NCBI RefSeq assembly: GCF_009834535.1
Contig: NC_045696.1
Location: 38,876,001 to 38,940,000, forward strand
Reading direction: 5' to 3'
Origin: Camelus ferus
Lineage: Eukaryota
DNA: 64,000 bases
Part shown: positions 34,051 to 47,000 of the stretch, piece by piece
Layout of the letters: the number at the start of each line of letters is the position of its first letter
Position numbering within the stretch: position 1 is the stretch's first letter
The notes under the pieces: generated by a model
What the model was told of the DNA's origin: nothing
The model's input: the letters and a program-made list of their open reading frames with translations, nothing else
Databases searched by the model: none
Made by a program: the position numbers and the translations under genes

Positions 34051-36859
34051 CGGAGCGAGTGTGAAATCATTTAATCTGGGCCTCTCGTGGTATAGGGTTA
34101 ACGGACTCCACAGCCAGTGCCCGTCCACGGAGCTCTCTGACTGTTCCATGGCTGTAGAAGCAGGCAGGTAAGAGCCTTCTTTTCAAAGAAAAACAGATAA
34201 AACCATTTCTTCCCTGCTTTTTCAAGATAATGAATATTCATCGTATTTGGAAAATAATGATGAAGAATCTAAAATGAGGACATGCCAAAAAGTCAAAATG
34301 ATCCAGAGGTAAAGTCAATATGAGGGTGTGGGTCTGAGGACCAGAAGTTTTGGTTTAATGGGAACAGGCCAGAGAAAGTCAGGCTCCGGGCTGGCACTGC
34401 CACACATGGGCCAGTGGTTGGGTGATTTATATAAAGCTGGCAGTTTGATTCAATTCTGAAGTTTAATCTCAGGGAGACCAAATGGAAGTTTTGAGGACTG
34501 ATGTGCTGTCCTTGTTTCTGGCAGAGACATATGTGCCACCGCCTTTGCCCTTAATATACTTTTGTTTGAGAAGCAAAAGGAGCAAGAGTTCTAAGGGTAT
34601 CATCCCTGAACCTCTGTCAGCATTCTTGTTTGGGTTCCCCTTATGTACCCTCCTTGTCTACCCCCTCTCCCCAGTGCCACCCACCCACCCTGACCCCAGA
34701 GAACTGAGACTGTTTAGGCAGAAGAGAGGTGGAGGACTGAAGGATGGCAATGTTGGCGACAGAATGCCTGGTTTGTTTTATGCTTACAAAACCGTGATGT
34801 TGCCTCTCCATCCCCCAAATCCCAAAGCCCAGTGGTCTGCCCCCAGAGCGATGCTGGGCTGAGGAAACATGACAGCGTGTAGGGCTGCGGTGCTTCCTCT
34901 CAGGTGTCTCTCAAGCAGGTAAAGGAGTCTAAGCGTGTATAATCCACAGCAACTCTTATTAACTTCTTCTATACCCGCCTTTTCTCTACTATCCCCAGAC
35001 TCCCAGGGTTCTCTCATGCTTCTCTACTGACATAACTCTCACTCACTAGGTCCCCATGGCTTTTATTCCACTCTAATTGCCTTTTCTCAGGAATGCACCT
35101 GATAAGCTTTTATCTGTTCTCTTGACAAAGTAGGAAGAGGGGAGGAAATTAAGATGACTCAGGGAGGAGGAAGGCTGAGAAACCCACAGCTTACTAGATT
35201 TATACTAGCATATTGGAAATTTCATAAACCTTACATCTGTAATTTTTCTTTCAAAAGACAGAACACCTAATAGAAAAAAATTGTTGGTCAGAGAAGAGTT
35301 TTATTATTTGGAGTAACCACTCCAAACAATGCCGACGGTCTTGTGCCTGACGCACTCCCATGGGAGTGTTCAGAGCTCTGTGAAGTTCCCAGCCTTCTAG
35401 CTTTCTCTCCCACTCAAGAAAGTGTTTGAATGTATACGTGAATGTAGTGATATTAATAAGCACAACCGTAAATCCAATTGATTGTAAAAAGTAGTTTGTG
35501 AAATTACCTTAGTCATATAGACAGTCATCTTTTCGTGAATGAATTTCAAACTACCTTCACTTTCATTCACAGTACAATGAGGCCTTATAACCTCCCTTCA
35601 AAGAAGTATCTGTAGCTGTCAAAATGACGCACAGCCCTTGGGGAAAAGCCCAGCTCGAGACCAAGGCCACGTGGGGAATGGCGTCAGGAGCAGTGCCTGG
35701 CCGTGCTCTTTGAAACACCTCTTGCTCCCTCTCCCCTGACCCTCAGGATCAATCTTAAGAGTTACTGTCAGCCGCAAGTCAAGGATACTGCCGTGGAGGC
35801 CAGAGTTACATCTGGGGCCCAGGAGTTTAATAGCACAAAGTGGGTTGATGACTGTAGGGATGTTCCTTCACCCAGCCCCACCGTCCCCACCCACCCACAT
35901 TGTCCTACCCATTCTCCCTCCAGCCTATTCAGCCCCGACCCCTGGTTCCTCCGTATGCTGCTGCCTACTGAGTACACTAGTTGAAGTCAGCTGGCCAGTG
36001 CGGTTCTGGAGACTGCTACCAGGTACTAGGGAAATAGCTCTTTCCTCCAGTTCCTGTTTCAGATCCGCAGCTCATCACTGATAAGAATTTTACAGATTAT
36101 AGGCTCCTTGACAATATCAGCTAAAAGGTAGCATTCAGAGATGAGCAGCGACTGACCAGATGGACCAGTCCATGATCGTCACCTGCCCCAGAAATCATAT
36201 TCTGCCCAGGCCAAGGCACATAGGAATATTCTCGCTACCCACTGGACCACAGTTAGGGATCTTTTAATATTTGAGCTCTAGGAACTGGAGCCACCACTTC
36301 CTTAGTACTGGATTCCTGTAATATGTGAATCATGAAGAAGGGAAAGGCTCAAACCAGTGTCGTAATTAAGAACCTCCTCTTTAGAGAACTGTGGGTAAAC
36401 ATCGTAAGACTAAATGATGCTACCTGCCTCCCTCCAGTTAATAAAGCACCTATAATGCTGTCTTCTGAGGGCACCAACTTTCAACAATTTGATATAAATT
36501 TTTCTCCTGATTTTTCGAAGATCTTGCTCAGCGCTGCCTTGGCGGTACATAATCAGCACTTGCTAAACTGTTTATCTCTATAAACTAAGTCATGGACAAC
36601 TTGTTCTGTTTAAATTTTGTAACTAGCACTTTTAATGTTGTTTTTTATGACAGAGAAATAACTGGCTGGCCAAAACCAGTGTTGTAATTGAGTGATAAGC
36701 AAAGCTTTGTGGAAGACAGAATGTTACTCATCAGGAAGTGTGAAATTTCTGCCCATTAGAAAATCTAAATTCAGTTCATATGAACTGTTGCCACAATATC
36801 ATAATACTAATGATAATACCAAAACTAACACTGATACAAATTCTAATAAACAGTATCAA

Positions 36860-37090
36860 CAGTAACCATTCCTGCATTTTGTTAGGAGCCTCCTTTGTGC
36901 CACTCACTGTACTAGGCACATTTAGCTGTCATGCCATTTAATCCTCACTGTTATTATCTCCATCCCTCGTATAAGGAAATGGAGACCAAAGGGATAAATT
37001 TCCCAAGGGTACACAGCAAGTAATTCCTAGATCAGGAATTTGAATGCGGTCCACCAGTTGCAAAACCCTTGTTCTTTCCACTACACAGTA
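36860..37090 (-). mobile_element. MIR
   Basis: ccatttaatcctcac...attatctccat...aaggaaatggagac...cccaagggtacacagc...caggaatttgaa. Confidence 0.65.
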
Positions 37091-38769
37091 TACAATCATC
37101 CAAAATTACAAGATTTTTTCCAGTATAGCATTGTTTCAGGAATATGATTATAAGAAAAGAGGATACATTTTTACATCTCCAACCAGATTTTCTCTGGTCT
37201 TATCAGACTGCATAGATGGAGTATATTAAAATCCTAAAAAGAACTTGTAGTAGGGCACAGCCTGTTATTTTATGTTCCACTAAGCAAACAGAAGGATGGA
37301 GAGAATGAGTATTCATGGAAATACGAAGCAAACACATAATCTGCGTATCCCCCCAACATCCTTCCACAATGCTCAGCCACTTGGAGAGCATTACTTGAAA
37401 AAAGAAAGTAGTAACTACAACAAAATAAAGAAATGAGGAAAATATGCAGCAACATAGTTCCAGAATTACATCCTCAGGCATTTTTTTAGATTGAATTTTT
37501 GCAGTGTTGGCAATGTATGCTTTTTTTTTTTTTTTTTTGCTTCTTTGTCTTGTTATAGTAGAAGTTACTAATCATCACAACACTCCTTCTTTTCAAGACC
37601 ACATTTTGATAACCACTGCCAATGAATTGTAGTTGGCATGTGATATGAAATCTATTTCTGCCCCTGAATTATTTACCCACTGAAATAGGCTTTCCTTGAG
37701 GTTCAGTGATCTATTACTCTTACTATAGTGACCTTGTGCTAAGTACTCTACTCAGACTATGGGAACTATGTAAACAGTATTATTCCTACCCTGTGTCTAG
37801 CCCTATAATATTTAAACACATCTTTAATTTTAAAATTTCCTTTGAATTTCATTCCTTCATACTTTTTTTTTTACCAATTATCAGCCTTCTTATGAGAGTT
37901 AAATAATCATAGCAATAAAAAAAAATAACCTGAAGACTTAGTGAAAATAAAAGACTGACAAAAAAATAAATCATGCTCCCAATTTAGCACAGTGAAGAGT
38001 CAGATTGTTTGGAACAAAGAGATATTGCCCACAGCCAGGAAATAGTCACAAGATTTATGGATGGTTCTCTGCTCTTAGGATTTTATAGCATCTCATGAAA
38101 AATTACACTTCAAATTTTTTAAAGACTGTCTAATTTATTTCATTAATTTGACTTGTGTTCAAGTTGACAATTAGGCATAATTGTAGGGAGGGCAATGTTT
38201 TCTTTTTGATTTGATTAAATAAATTCTCCCTTCAAAGGTTAGGTAAGTAGTATGTGGTATTAGATTGTTTTATGGATTAACTAAATAATGTGAAGTATAG
38301 TCCCCTAGTCATGAGAAGAGAAATTCATTTTAAAACAGTGATATTGAATAAGGTGAGTGTTGCAGTTGTGCTGTGTGGTTCTGGGTCCCTTAGCCCTGTG
38401 CTGCCTCACTCACCTATACCTGCCTCTTCCTCCACTCCGAAACCTAAACAGAGATAAGCAAACACTTCCACGATACAAGGAAGCAGTTAAATAAACAGCA
38501 TATTCATTAACAGATGGACCATTACATCAGTAGGCACATACTCTTCCGTTTAATGAGTTAAATGAAAAGATATCATTCATCATTAGTAGGTGATTATGTC
38601 ATGGACCAGACTTTTCAGTAGAGAATAGTCAAGTCTAAATCGTTACTTATTTAATGGATTCCTGTAAATACTTTCAGCATTGTGCTAAAGCCTACAGAAA
38701 ATTAGAGAGACATGTGAGGTATGCTTCCTGCCATCAGGGAGTTTTAACTTACTCTTTAAAAAAAAATTA

Positions 38770-39100
38770 TTCTGTCTTATGGATTTTTCCCAAAGAAGTA
38801 ATTCAAATGAAGCAAAAAGATACATACTCTAATATTGCATAATCATCTGTTATAAAATAAGGCTAATAGGAATCTAAGAGTCTGACTTCAGGGAATTAAC
38901 AAATTACTAAGCATCAACATAGAGAATATTATGTGCTCATTTGAGTATTAGTTATGAAGACCATTGAAACATGGCAAATATACATATGTGAAATAAAGGC
39001 AATACAAAATAGAATCTGCCCATTTCTGCTCACCATATATAAATGTCAGAGCTAGGAAGAAAGAAGTTACATTAGAGTGGTGAGGGGAGAATAGCCTTTA
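38770..39100 (+). mobile_element. Possible old L1M 3' fragment
   Basis: Weak resemblance to ancient L1 3' ends (ccaaagaagtaatt...gaatattatgtgctcatt...gaaacatgg). Confidence 0.35.
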
Positions 39101-42057
39101 AGCATGTAATAGTTTCATATTAAAGCGAGATCCTACCTTGGAATAGTGTTTCTCAAAACATAACCTTTCTTGAATCATTATTAATATGTCTATTACTTTT
39201 ATATTTACATGATGGGTATGAAACTTGGAAAACTTAGGAGAGTAAAAACCCTCCTGCTTTTTACCAGGAGTTTTGATACCTACTGGCAACCTAAGAGCTC
39301 TCTAAAGTAAAAGACTGGTACAATTGTGAACTCAAAGGGCTCACTAGAATAAACACTTCCTGGCCCTATCCATGCTGTTCATTTTTACATGTTAGATATA
39401 TTGGGATTATGTATTTATTGCACCTGAAACTATTGTATGACCTATTCTAGCTATAGCTCAGCCCTTTCTCCAATCTAAATGGACTATAATTTATACCTCG
39501 AATGTCTTAATTCTACCCCCTTCTTATTTTTCTGAGGAAAGTAGTAGACCTTTGACCTTCTGTTCTACAATATGTACTTTTTATGTGAGTTACAGGTTTT
39601 GCTGTAAAGACATTTCTCAGGTGGGCAGCTCCCACTAATCATCCAACAGCAGAAATTTCTACATGCTCAGCAAATAGCAGACTGAATTTATCATTGTATG
39701 TGGTTGATAAGAAAGGGCATTTATTGTTTGTTAGGTAATATTCCAGAGAATTCATGTGCGGGTGATGGTACCCAGCCCTCAAAGCCAGAAGATAGCAGCA
39801 TTTTTCAACTTCGTTATAAGGGGAAAGAAAAGTTATTTCCCAGAGGCTGTGAACAATCAGGGGACCCTGACCTTACTAAATCAGCTGCCAATGCAGTCGT
39901 ATAAAGGCCAAAGAGTAACTAGGTTACTAAAGATGTGTGGAGAGAAAGGAAATTATGGTATTGAAACATTGTGGGAGCAGACAGTAGATGCTTTTCAACA
40001 GAGAAATAGGCCATTTTAAGTCATTTGGTGTACAGAATGTCCTTCCATGACCTTTCTATACTAAGGACATAAAATTAGCAAATTACATTTCCACTCACCG
40101 ATCATATGAAATTGTGAAAGCTCAAGAATTATTCCAGAGTTATCTCAGGAGAGAGAAGTGGAAGTCATCTGACTGTCTGTGCATCAAGAATGGCCTAGGA
40201 GGATGAAGAGAAAGTCACTTAGACACATGCTTTTAATTTTGTTCAGTTTCAACAAATTTCTCTAACAAGTGATTAAAAGATATGAGAGTCACATTGTTTT
40301 GAAATAGGACATTCAGTTTTCTAACGTGTGTGGTTTTGTTTATGTTTATAAGCAGTAAGGATACCCTGGTCATTTTGATACTTAAACTTGGTCAGTGAAC
40401 TTACTACCGCAGTCTTTCCTAAAGTATGTTCCATAGAAACTGGTCAGATAATTTGGGAAAATAGTGCAGAAGCTATTCTGAATCCTCCTACATATTCATA
40501 CTGCATATTAGAATAGTGAAGACTCTAAGAGATGCCACAATTAAAAACACTGTTTAACTCTATTTGCCATGGAGACCTTTATTATTTTGTATTTATATAT
40601 GAACTTGTATTTATTTGATAATACTTATTACTATAAACCTCTAGGAAACAAAGAAATATAGCAATAATTACAGTGTTTACTGGTAGATGCTATGATAGCT
40701 TTTCAATCTTTGAACATAACTAAACTTTGTTTAGGGTCAAATTATAAATCATTCTGATATTAATTAGAATGAAATAGTCCATGATCAAATAGCATTGCAA
40801 CTTATAGTACAGGAAAACAGAATGTGGCTTAACAGCCTCCAAAATAGAGAATATGGTTACAGAATTGAGTAGTAGTAAAAAGGACACAAGTCTCTGTGAA
40901 AGGTAATCAGACTCAGTAGGGACTGAGGTGTGATCACAAGACACATGCATTTAGTTTATGCAAATTTCAATTATATAGAAAGAGCGAAAACCCCTGGATT
41001 TCCTTGTCATCCTTCACCCCTCCACCCACCTTCAACTAGAAAATAGTTTAGAAAAAGGGAAGTCAATGTAGCAGTCAAAGGAAAACCAAAGAAACTAGTT
41101 TCAGGTCTTTAGTAGGGACTGTGTCTTGAACAATCCCTAGGGGCATTTTAGGGTCTTTGGGAATCACAGTGCACAATTTGTATGGCTGTGCAGTACATCT
41201 CTGGCTTTTATGCTTCTAAAAACCCAGGTCCACGTGATTTAATGGTAATTTAAAGGACTTTTAAGGTAATTTTGATTGTTAGAGAATTTCAATTTTCACC
41301 CAAGAACCTAACTCCCACTCCCATGTAGTCTTAACAGAGCAATACCAGGTTTATATAGCATGCATATGCCATTCTGCTTCACAGTAGAGAAATTCTTATT
41401 TCATGTGGTTTAATCATATGTGGTCGTATGTTATTAGTTTGTAGTTAAAGTTGAAATAGTTCAAATATGAATGGTAAAACTATTTAGATGAAATATTCCA
41501 AATATTATTGCTGAAAACTCTGGCTCTAGTTAAGCCTCTGTGGATTCCGTCATCCTTTAACTTTGTAAAATATTAAAAGCAAAGTAAATGAAAATTGGAT
41601 TAACCTTCGATATTCAATATAAAAATAATTCAGTGGTTTACTTCTAATGGGAAATTTTTCATTACTTAGAAAATACTGATTGACTCAAACACCAAATGTT
41701 AAAAAAATTGCTATTGATTTACTATTTAATATAAACTCTAGAGCTAATAATTTTTAAATGATATATTTATTACCCTAGAGGGATAATAAATATTTTACTA
41801 TAATTTCTGAGGTTATTTCCACTTTTATTCTGGCTTTAGCTTATATAAAACTCTTTTTGTACACAAAATTCACTAGCCTCTTCAAAATAATACCTTGATA
41901 TAATTTTTATATTAAAACTAAAAAAAATCCCCAGCTGGAATGCCCTTTGCATCAGATCTTAGGAACAGAAATACAGATTTCTGTATCACTTAAAAGACCC
42001 ATCGGTGCTGGGTTTCTTTTTTCCTACTAACCCAAACTTCCACTGATTTTGCTTTAG

Positions 42058-42102
42058 TTTTGTACTTTATATCTATGCTTTTGTACTTAATATCTATGCT
42101 TT
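42058..42102 (+). repeat. 21-bp tandem duplication ttttgtactt(t/a)atatctatgc
   Basis: Two adjacent copies (42058-42078, 42079-42099) with one mismatch. Confidence 0.85.
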
Positions 42103-42709
42103 AGGCTGTATTACCCTATGCTAGGATGTATGTACATCTGATTCATGCAGTTGAGCTCTCTGACAGCAGAAATTACTTTTTAGTAAAGAATAATATTTTC
42201 GTTGAATGTTTGAAAACAAATAAATGGAAGTTTAATCAATGAATTCACCGTAAAAAAGAGAAAGGGCTATCAGCAATTGTGAAAAAGACAAAACAGTGTG
42301 GATTCGGTGGCAGGTTGGAAAGTTTAAGAGTGAATAGCCTATGTGTGGCTAGTTACTTTCTTTTGGGCTGTTCCTCAAGTTTTAAAACACAATTTCATGC
42401 CAGAGAAAAAAGTAAAGAGAAGTTAGCAAGATGTGAGTTTTCTCAAGATACATCAAGTATAAAAACCCAGTCATGGCAAAAAGCAGGAAAAGACAAAAGA
42501 AACTGACAAGTGAAACTGACCAGATAAAAATGGCTGATTTGAATATGATGGAAAAATTTTAAATCTCTAATTTTCCATGGAGGATGAAAAACTTGGGTAT
42601 AAGAATATTGTAAAATTGAAAAATTAAGTTGGGTATTTTTTGCAGTATCTGGCTTTTAAATGGTCTCCACGGGTTTTTGTCTGTTTGTTTGTTTGTTTTT
42701 CCCTTGTAG

Positions 42710-42859
42710 AATGCCAGAGTCCCCTGGCGAAGTTCCCGAATATCCTTTGTTTGTGACAGTTGGTGACTGGCTGGATTCTATAAAGATGGGGCAATATAAG
42801 AATAATTTCATGGCAGCAGGGTTTACGACTTTTGACCTGATTTCAAGAATGAGCATCGA
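42710..42859 (+). CDS. EPHA6: Ephrin type-A receptor 6, penultimate exon (SAM domain N-half)
   Basis: ttgtag|...|gtaggt; 150 nt, phase 2/2; MPESPGEVPEYPLFVTVGDWLDSIKMGQYKNNFMAAGFTTFDLISRMSI(D), an Eph SAM signature (VGDWLDSIKMGQY). Confidence 0.97.
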
Positions 42860-43370
42860 GTAGGTGATACCAGATTTATTATTATACTTAGATGCTCCAC
42901 TCAGGAGATTATAAATTCAAATACTGTATCAAGAACATCATGGTTAAACTAACTTTCCTAACACTAGTATGGTATTTCCACATCTTTCCTCACCATTTCT
43001 CATGATCATTTTAGTGAAAATTGGACATTACACTTTTAACTATTTTCCTTTGAAATAATATATTTAACTCAGATAGCTATTTTAAAAATTTTAAATGCTT
43101 TCTAAAATGCATATTACTCTTGTTCACGTTGTAGACCTTACATCAACATAGTTTTACCCTGGCAAATTATTTATGAGTCATGTAGACTAAATGAATTACT
43201 ATTACCTTCATCAAATGTAATCATTGTGATAATACAGTATAACCATGTCCTACCAGAGCCTTTTCTCTATATTGTAATGGCTGGGCATTTTTACACTGCC
43301 TCAAAGATTATCCTTTGCCTTAGGTGCAGTGAAAATGCTCAGCATATGCTTAAAGGATAGGTACTAAAAC

Positions 43371-43442
43371 TAGTAGATTGAGCTATGTGAAATTGCCATT
43401 GTTTTGAAATAGTAATGGCAATTCATATTGTTCAACGTAATA
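43371..43442. mobile_element. MADE2-like mariner-derived MITE (hairpin)
   Basis: tagtagattgagctatgtgaaattgccatt...aatggcaattcatattgttcaacgtaata: TA-flanked inverted arms matching recalled MADE2 TIRs. Confidence 0.7.
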
Positions 43443-43841
43443 CAATGGAATTTTTTTCAGATTATTAAAAGACCATGAGAATACAAATGAAGTCCACATT
43501 ATACTTTCTATCCTACATGCTATTTTGCTAATTCTGTTGAAAATTTGTATAATTATATAGATTATATAACCATTAGGCTTATGAAATTTCTGAACATTAC
43601 ATTGGTACCTGAATTCTTTGTACCCTTAAATTTGAGGTTGATTTGATGCACTCTCTGGCACTAGGGAAAAGAAAAATGTTAAGACTCCTGATGTTCATTT
43701 ATATTCCTACTTAAACTCTCATTTTAGCAGATATACAATTTTTGGCAAATTCTTCAAGCAAGTCTAACATGGGGCAGAGCTACCTTATCTAAATGTTCAT
43801 TTCCTCTCTATGTACTTACCAGACCTAAATGTTCACATTCA

Positions 43842-43890
43842 CTCTCTCTCTCTCTCTCTCTCCCTCCCTCCCTCTCTCTCTCTCTCCCTC
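43842..43890 (+). repeat. (CT)n/(CCCT)n microsatellite forming the polypyrimidine tract of the last EPHA6 intron
   Basis: Pure pyrimidine run ending 10 nt before the start of the last exon (acceptor cag at 43898-43900). Confidence 0.9.
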
Positions 43891-43900
43891 AATCTCACAG

Positions 43901-44015
43901 TGACATTAGAAGAATTGGAGTCATACTCATTGGACACCAGAGACGAATAGTCAGCAGTATACAGACTTTACGTTTACACATGATGCACATACAGGAGAAA
44001 GGATTTCATGTATGA
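43901..44015 (+). CDS. EPHA6: Ephrin type-A receptor 6, terminal coding exon (SAM C-half, PDZ-binding motif)
   Basis: cacag|T GAC ATT...; DIRRIGVILIGHQRRIVSSIQTLRLHMMHIQEKGFHV then TGA (44013-44015); phase-compatible with the previous exon. Confidence 0.97.
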
Positions 44016-47000
44016 ACGTACTATAAGCACCTGTGTTTTGTGCCTCAGCATTTCTGATATCCTCTCTACCACCCTCTCTTCTGATTCTCCAAACATCACT
44101 TCACAAACTGCAGTCTCCTGTTCAGACTACGGGCACACACCTTTAGTTTATGCTTCCAACCTGGATTTTAAAATCACTCTTCATAGTTCTTCTCTGAATA
44201 AGCTGCAAATCAAACCCACTGCAGATTATCACTACACAATGGTAAATAACTCAGCATGGATGTGTAACTTTGTACAACAGTATTTCAGAAGTGTTCAAGG
44301 ACTTAACGCAAAGGAATTTGCTCAGTTGTGGCTTCCTTAATGATATATTTAGAGTCTGATGGTAGATGAAAAAGAAGTAATTGACCTTTCTTTCTTTCAT
44401 GTTTTGTGATCAAGTAGCATTCAAATTGACATGGATATTTGTTTTTTAGATAATTATCTTCAGCTCTGTGGGTCATAGTGTTGCTTTATTCTATAATTGT
44501 TTAACTGGTGATATCTGATGTTGTCAGAATTCTTTTCAGAAAAGACCAACGATCTCATGTAGTGAATTCTTATCAGGTGTGACTATGGTGAGACGAGAGT
44601 CATCCATGAGGGCGAGGGGAAACATACTGTGTTTTTAAATCTTCTAAGTCTTGATTTGTCTTTTTTTTTTTCTTTAATTCTTTTTATTGTGTCCCACATA
44701 TTTCAGAGTAGGTGGTGGTTTAGAGGCTTTCTCTCCTAATTTTTTTTTTACTAACTATAATATACTTCTCTACTACCTTTCAAAAATCAACCCTGGAAAG
44801 ACCAAGAGTGAGTTTTTTGCTCTAAAGGTTTTCCTAGAGTGAAGCATGGAGTAAATCCATGACTATTCCCTTGGTTCATCTTCACAAATTTGCAAAAGTA
44901 ATTATCAAAGCACTGAGGAAATTAGTTATTCTCGGTTGCTTTGAATAAAAGATCTAAGATTATAGCCTTAGATTAAATGTAAAAATAATAATTAATTTAA
45001 TTTAAGCAGAATTTTATGATAGCTATATGGTAGCCCAAGAAAATAGGCACATCTAGCTGACTGTCTGATATTGGTGCATTTTGCAAATTTAAGAATTTTT
45101 ATGTTTCACTCATAAAAATAAGTTACATGAACATGCTGAGCTGTTTTCCAAACCTTCCAAGAGACAGGTATGCCATTGCATACACCAAAGAGGATATAAA
45201 CAGAACTAGCACAGGAGCTTATATGAATTGTGTGTCAATCTGGGTCCTTGATACAGAAACATAAAAATGTAAACACAGCTAAGGTGTACTGTTGCCATAA
45301 TCTGCAAAAACAGGCAAATACACTTTTCATTGAATTAAGCTGAGTCAGCTTATCAAAATAGTACTGTCTTATGAAAAAATTCAATTATAGAATCAGCTGT
45401 TTCCTGTGAAACTAAAAAAATGATGGCTGTGCTAGGTAGGAGAGTAGGGAGAATGTGTTAAGAGAAAAAAGACCAGGTTGTCTGAAGATGCTGATTTAAT
45501 TAAAATTAGTTTTTATTTGATCTCAGAGATAAAGGTGCCCTACCCATATTCTCAGATTCCTACCTAAATTACATTTTTTAGCGATAGTAGCTTTCTTGCT
45601 ATAAAAGGAGCCTTGCTTTTTCTCTTTTCCTTACTTTAAGATTTGTTGGTTGTCCCATTAGACTAGACCCTTCCACATATTTTCTTTTGCTGATTTATCT
45701 CCTGATTTTTTGCCTACCACAGCTAAATTTCTCTCATTAAAAAAAGAGAGAGAGCTAGAAGGAAGAGTTTTTAAAGTATTCCTTAAAGTACACTAAAACA
45801 GAAAAAAGTGGGAAATCCATCACTTTTTAAGTAAGTGTGTCAGAAATAGCTAGCAACATTTTCCAGCCATCACCTGCACGGTCATGCATCACTCACAGAC
45901 TAGCTGCAGTTTGCTTGATACATTTACACAAACCCAGATACATTTAGAGGAAATACAAAATTTCCATATTTACCTGTCTTCAAATATATATTAAATAAGA
46001 ACAGATGTAAAACAGATTAAATTTATTAATCATATATATATTTATTTTTATAATACAACAAAAAATATTTAGAAAAATAAGGAATAGAATAATTATGGTC
46101 TTCCATAGGACTCTGTCAGCAACATCTGTATTCTTTGATGAAATAAAGTCTATAAATTATTTAAACTTCTATGGGATGGGCATTCAGTGCTTGAAAGATT
46201 AAAGTTCTTTGTTAAGATATTTTTTCTTTAAAAAGTCCAATGATCCTATTCTATATCTATTAATTTATACTTTTTTTTCTTCCCAAACACCATTCTCTAG
46301 TATTATAAAATGGCCTTTTCACTTTGTCTCTTACCCCAAATCCTCTTTACAATTTACATTTATATTACATTTATATTTTTTGGAACTGTAAGCATGATAA
46401 TCTTTACTGTAAATTTAAACCTCATCATGGTCAGAGCAAGGTGTGCAAGATTAAACAAAAACATTAAGAAATAAGGATATCTATTTCTTTACTGCCTACC
46501 AATCACAGACTCAGAATTTTTACATGAAATATTTTGAGATTTACTAGTGCACATATTCAGTAATTAAAACTGTTTAATATACATAAGCATAGAACTTAAT
46601 TATAGACAGAAAATAAGTACCTACCATAAATCCCAAGCCTTCAGAAGTAATCTTTGATAACAAAATATGCATATACATTCAGTAACTGCTTTATTTTAAA
46701 TGTCCTAGGCTATACTACTGAGGGGCTTTTTGGATTTTGAAAATTGGACAGTTGAAGGAACTGTTTTCATTTTATTTTCTGGGTGGTCAGTTTCCAGTCT
46801 GTAGCCAACTCGTTCTCTCATAGTATAAGACATAACTGAAAAAAATTGTAAAAACAATGCACAATCAAGAAGAGAGATTAGGTATGTAAATCATGACACT
46901 AAAAAAGCCATCAGAAATTGCAAAGCTCTTGGCCTAACAAGAATTAAGAATCACAGCACTTTTGCATTGACTTATCTTATAACTTTAGATAAATAAGTTA

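Noticed and set aside
33755..34862. 138-aa and 126-aa + strand ORFs
   Set aside because: The first lies largely in an antisense L2 remnant; neither resembles a known protein or has convincing exon boundaries.
44008..44340. 110-aa ORF overlapping the EPHA6 stop codon
   Set aside because: Out of frame with EPHA6, lies in the 3' UTR, no recognisable homology.
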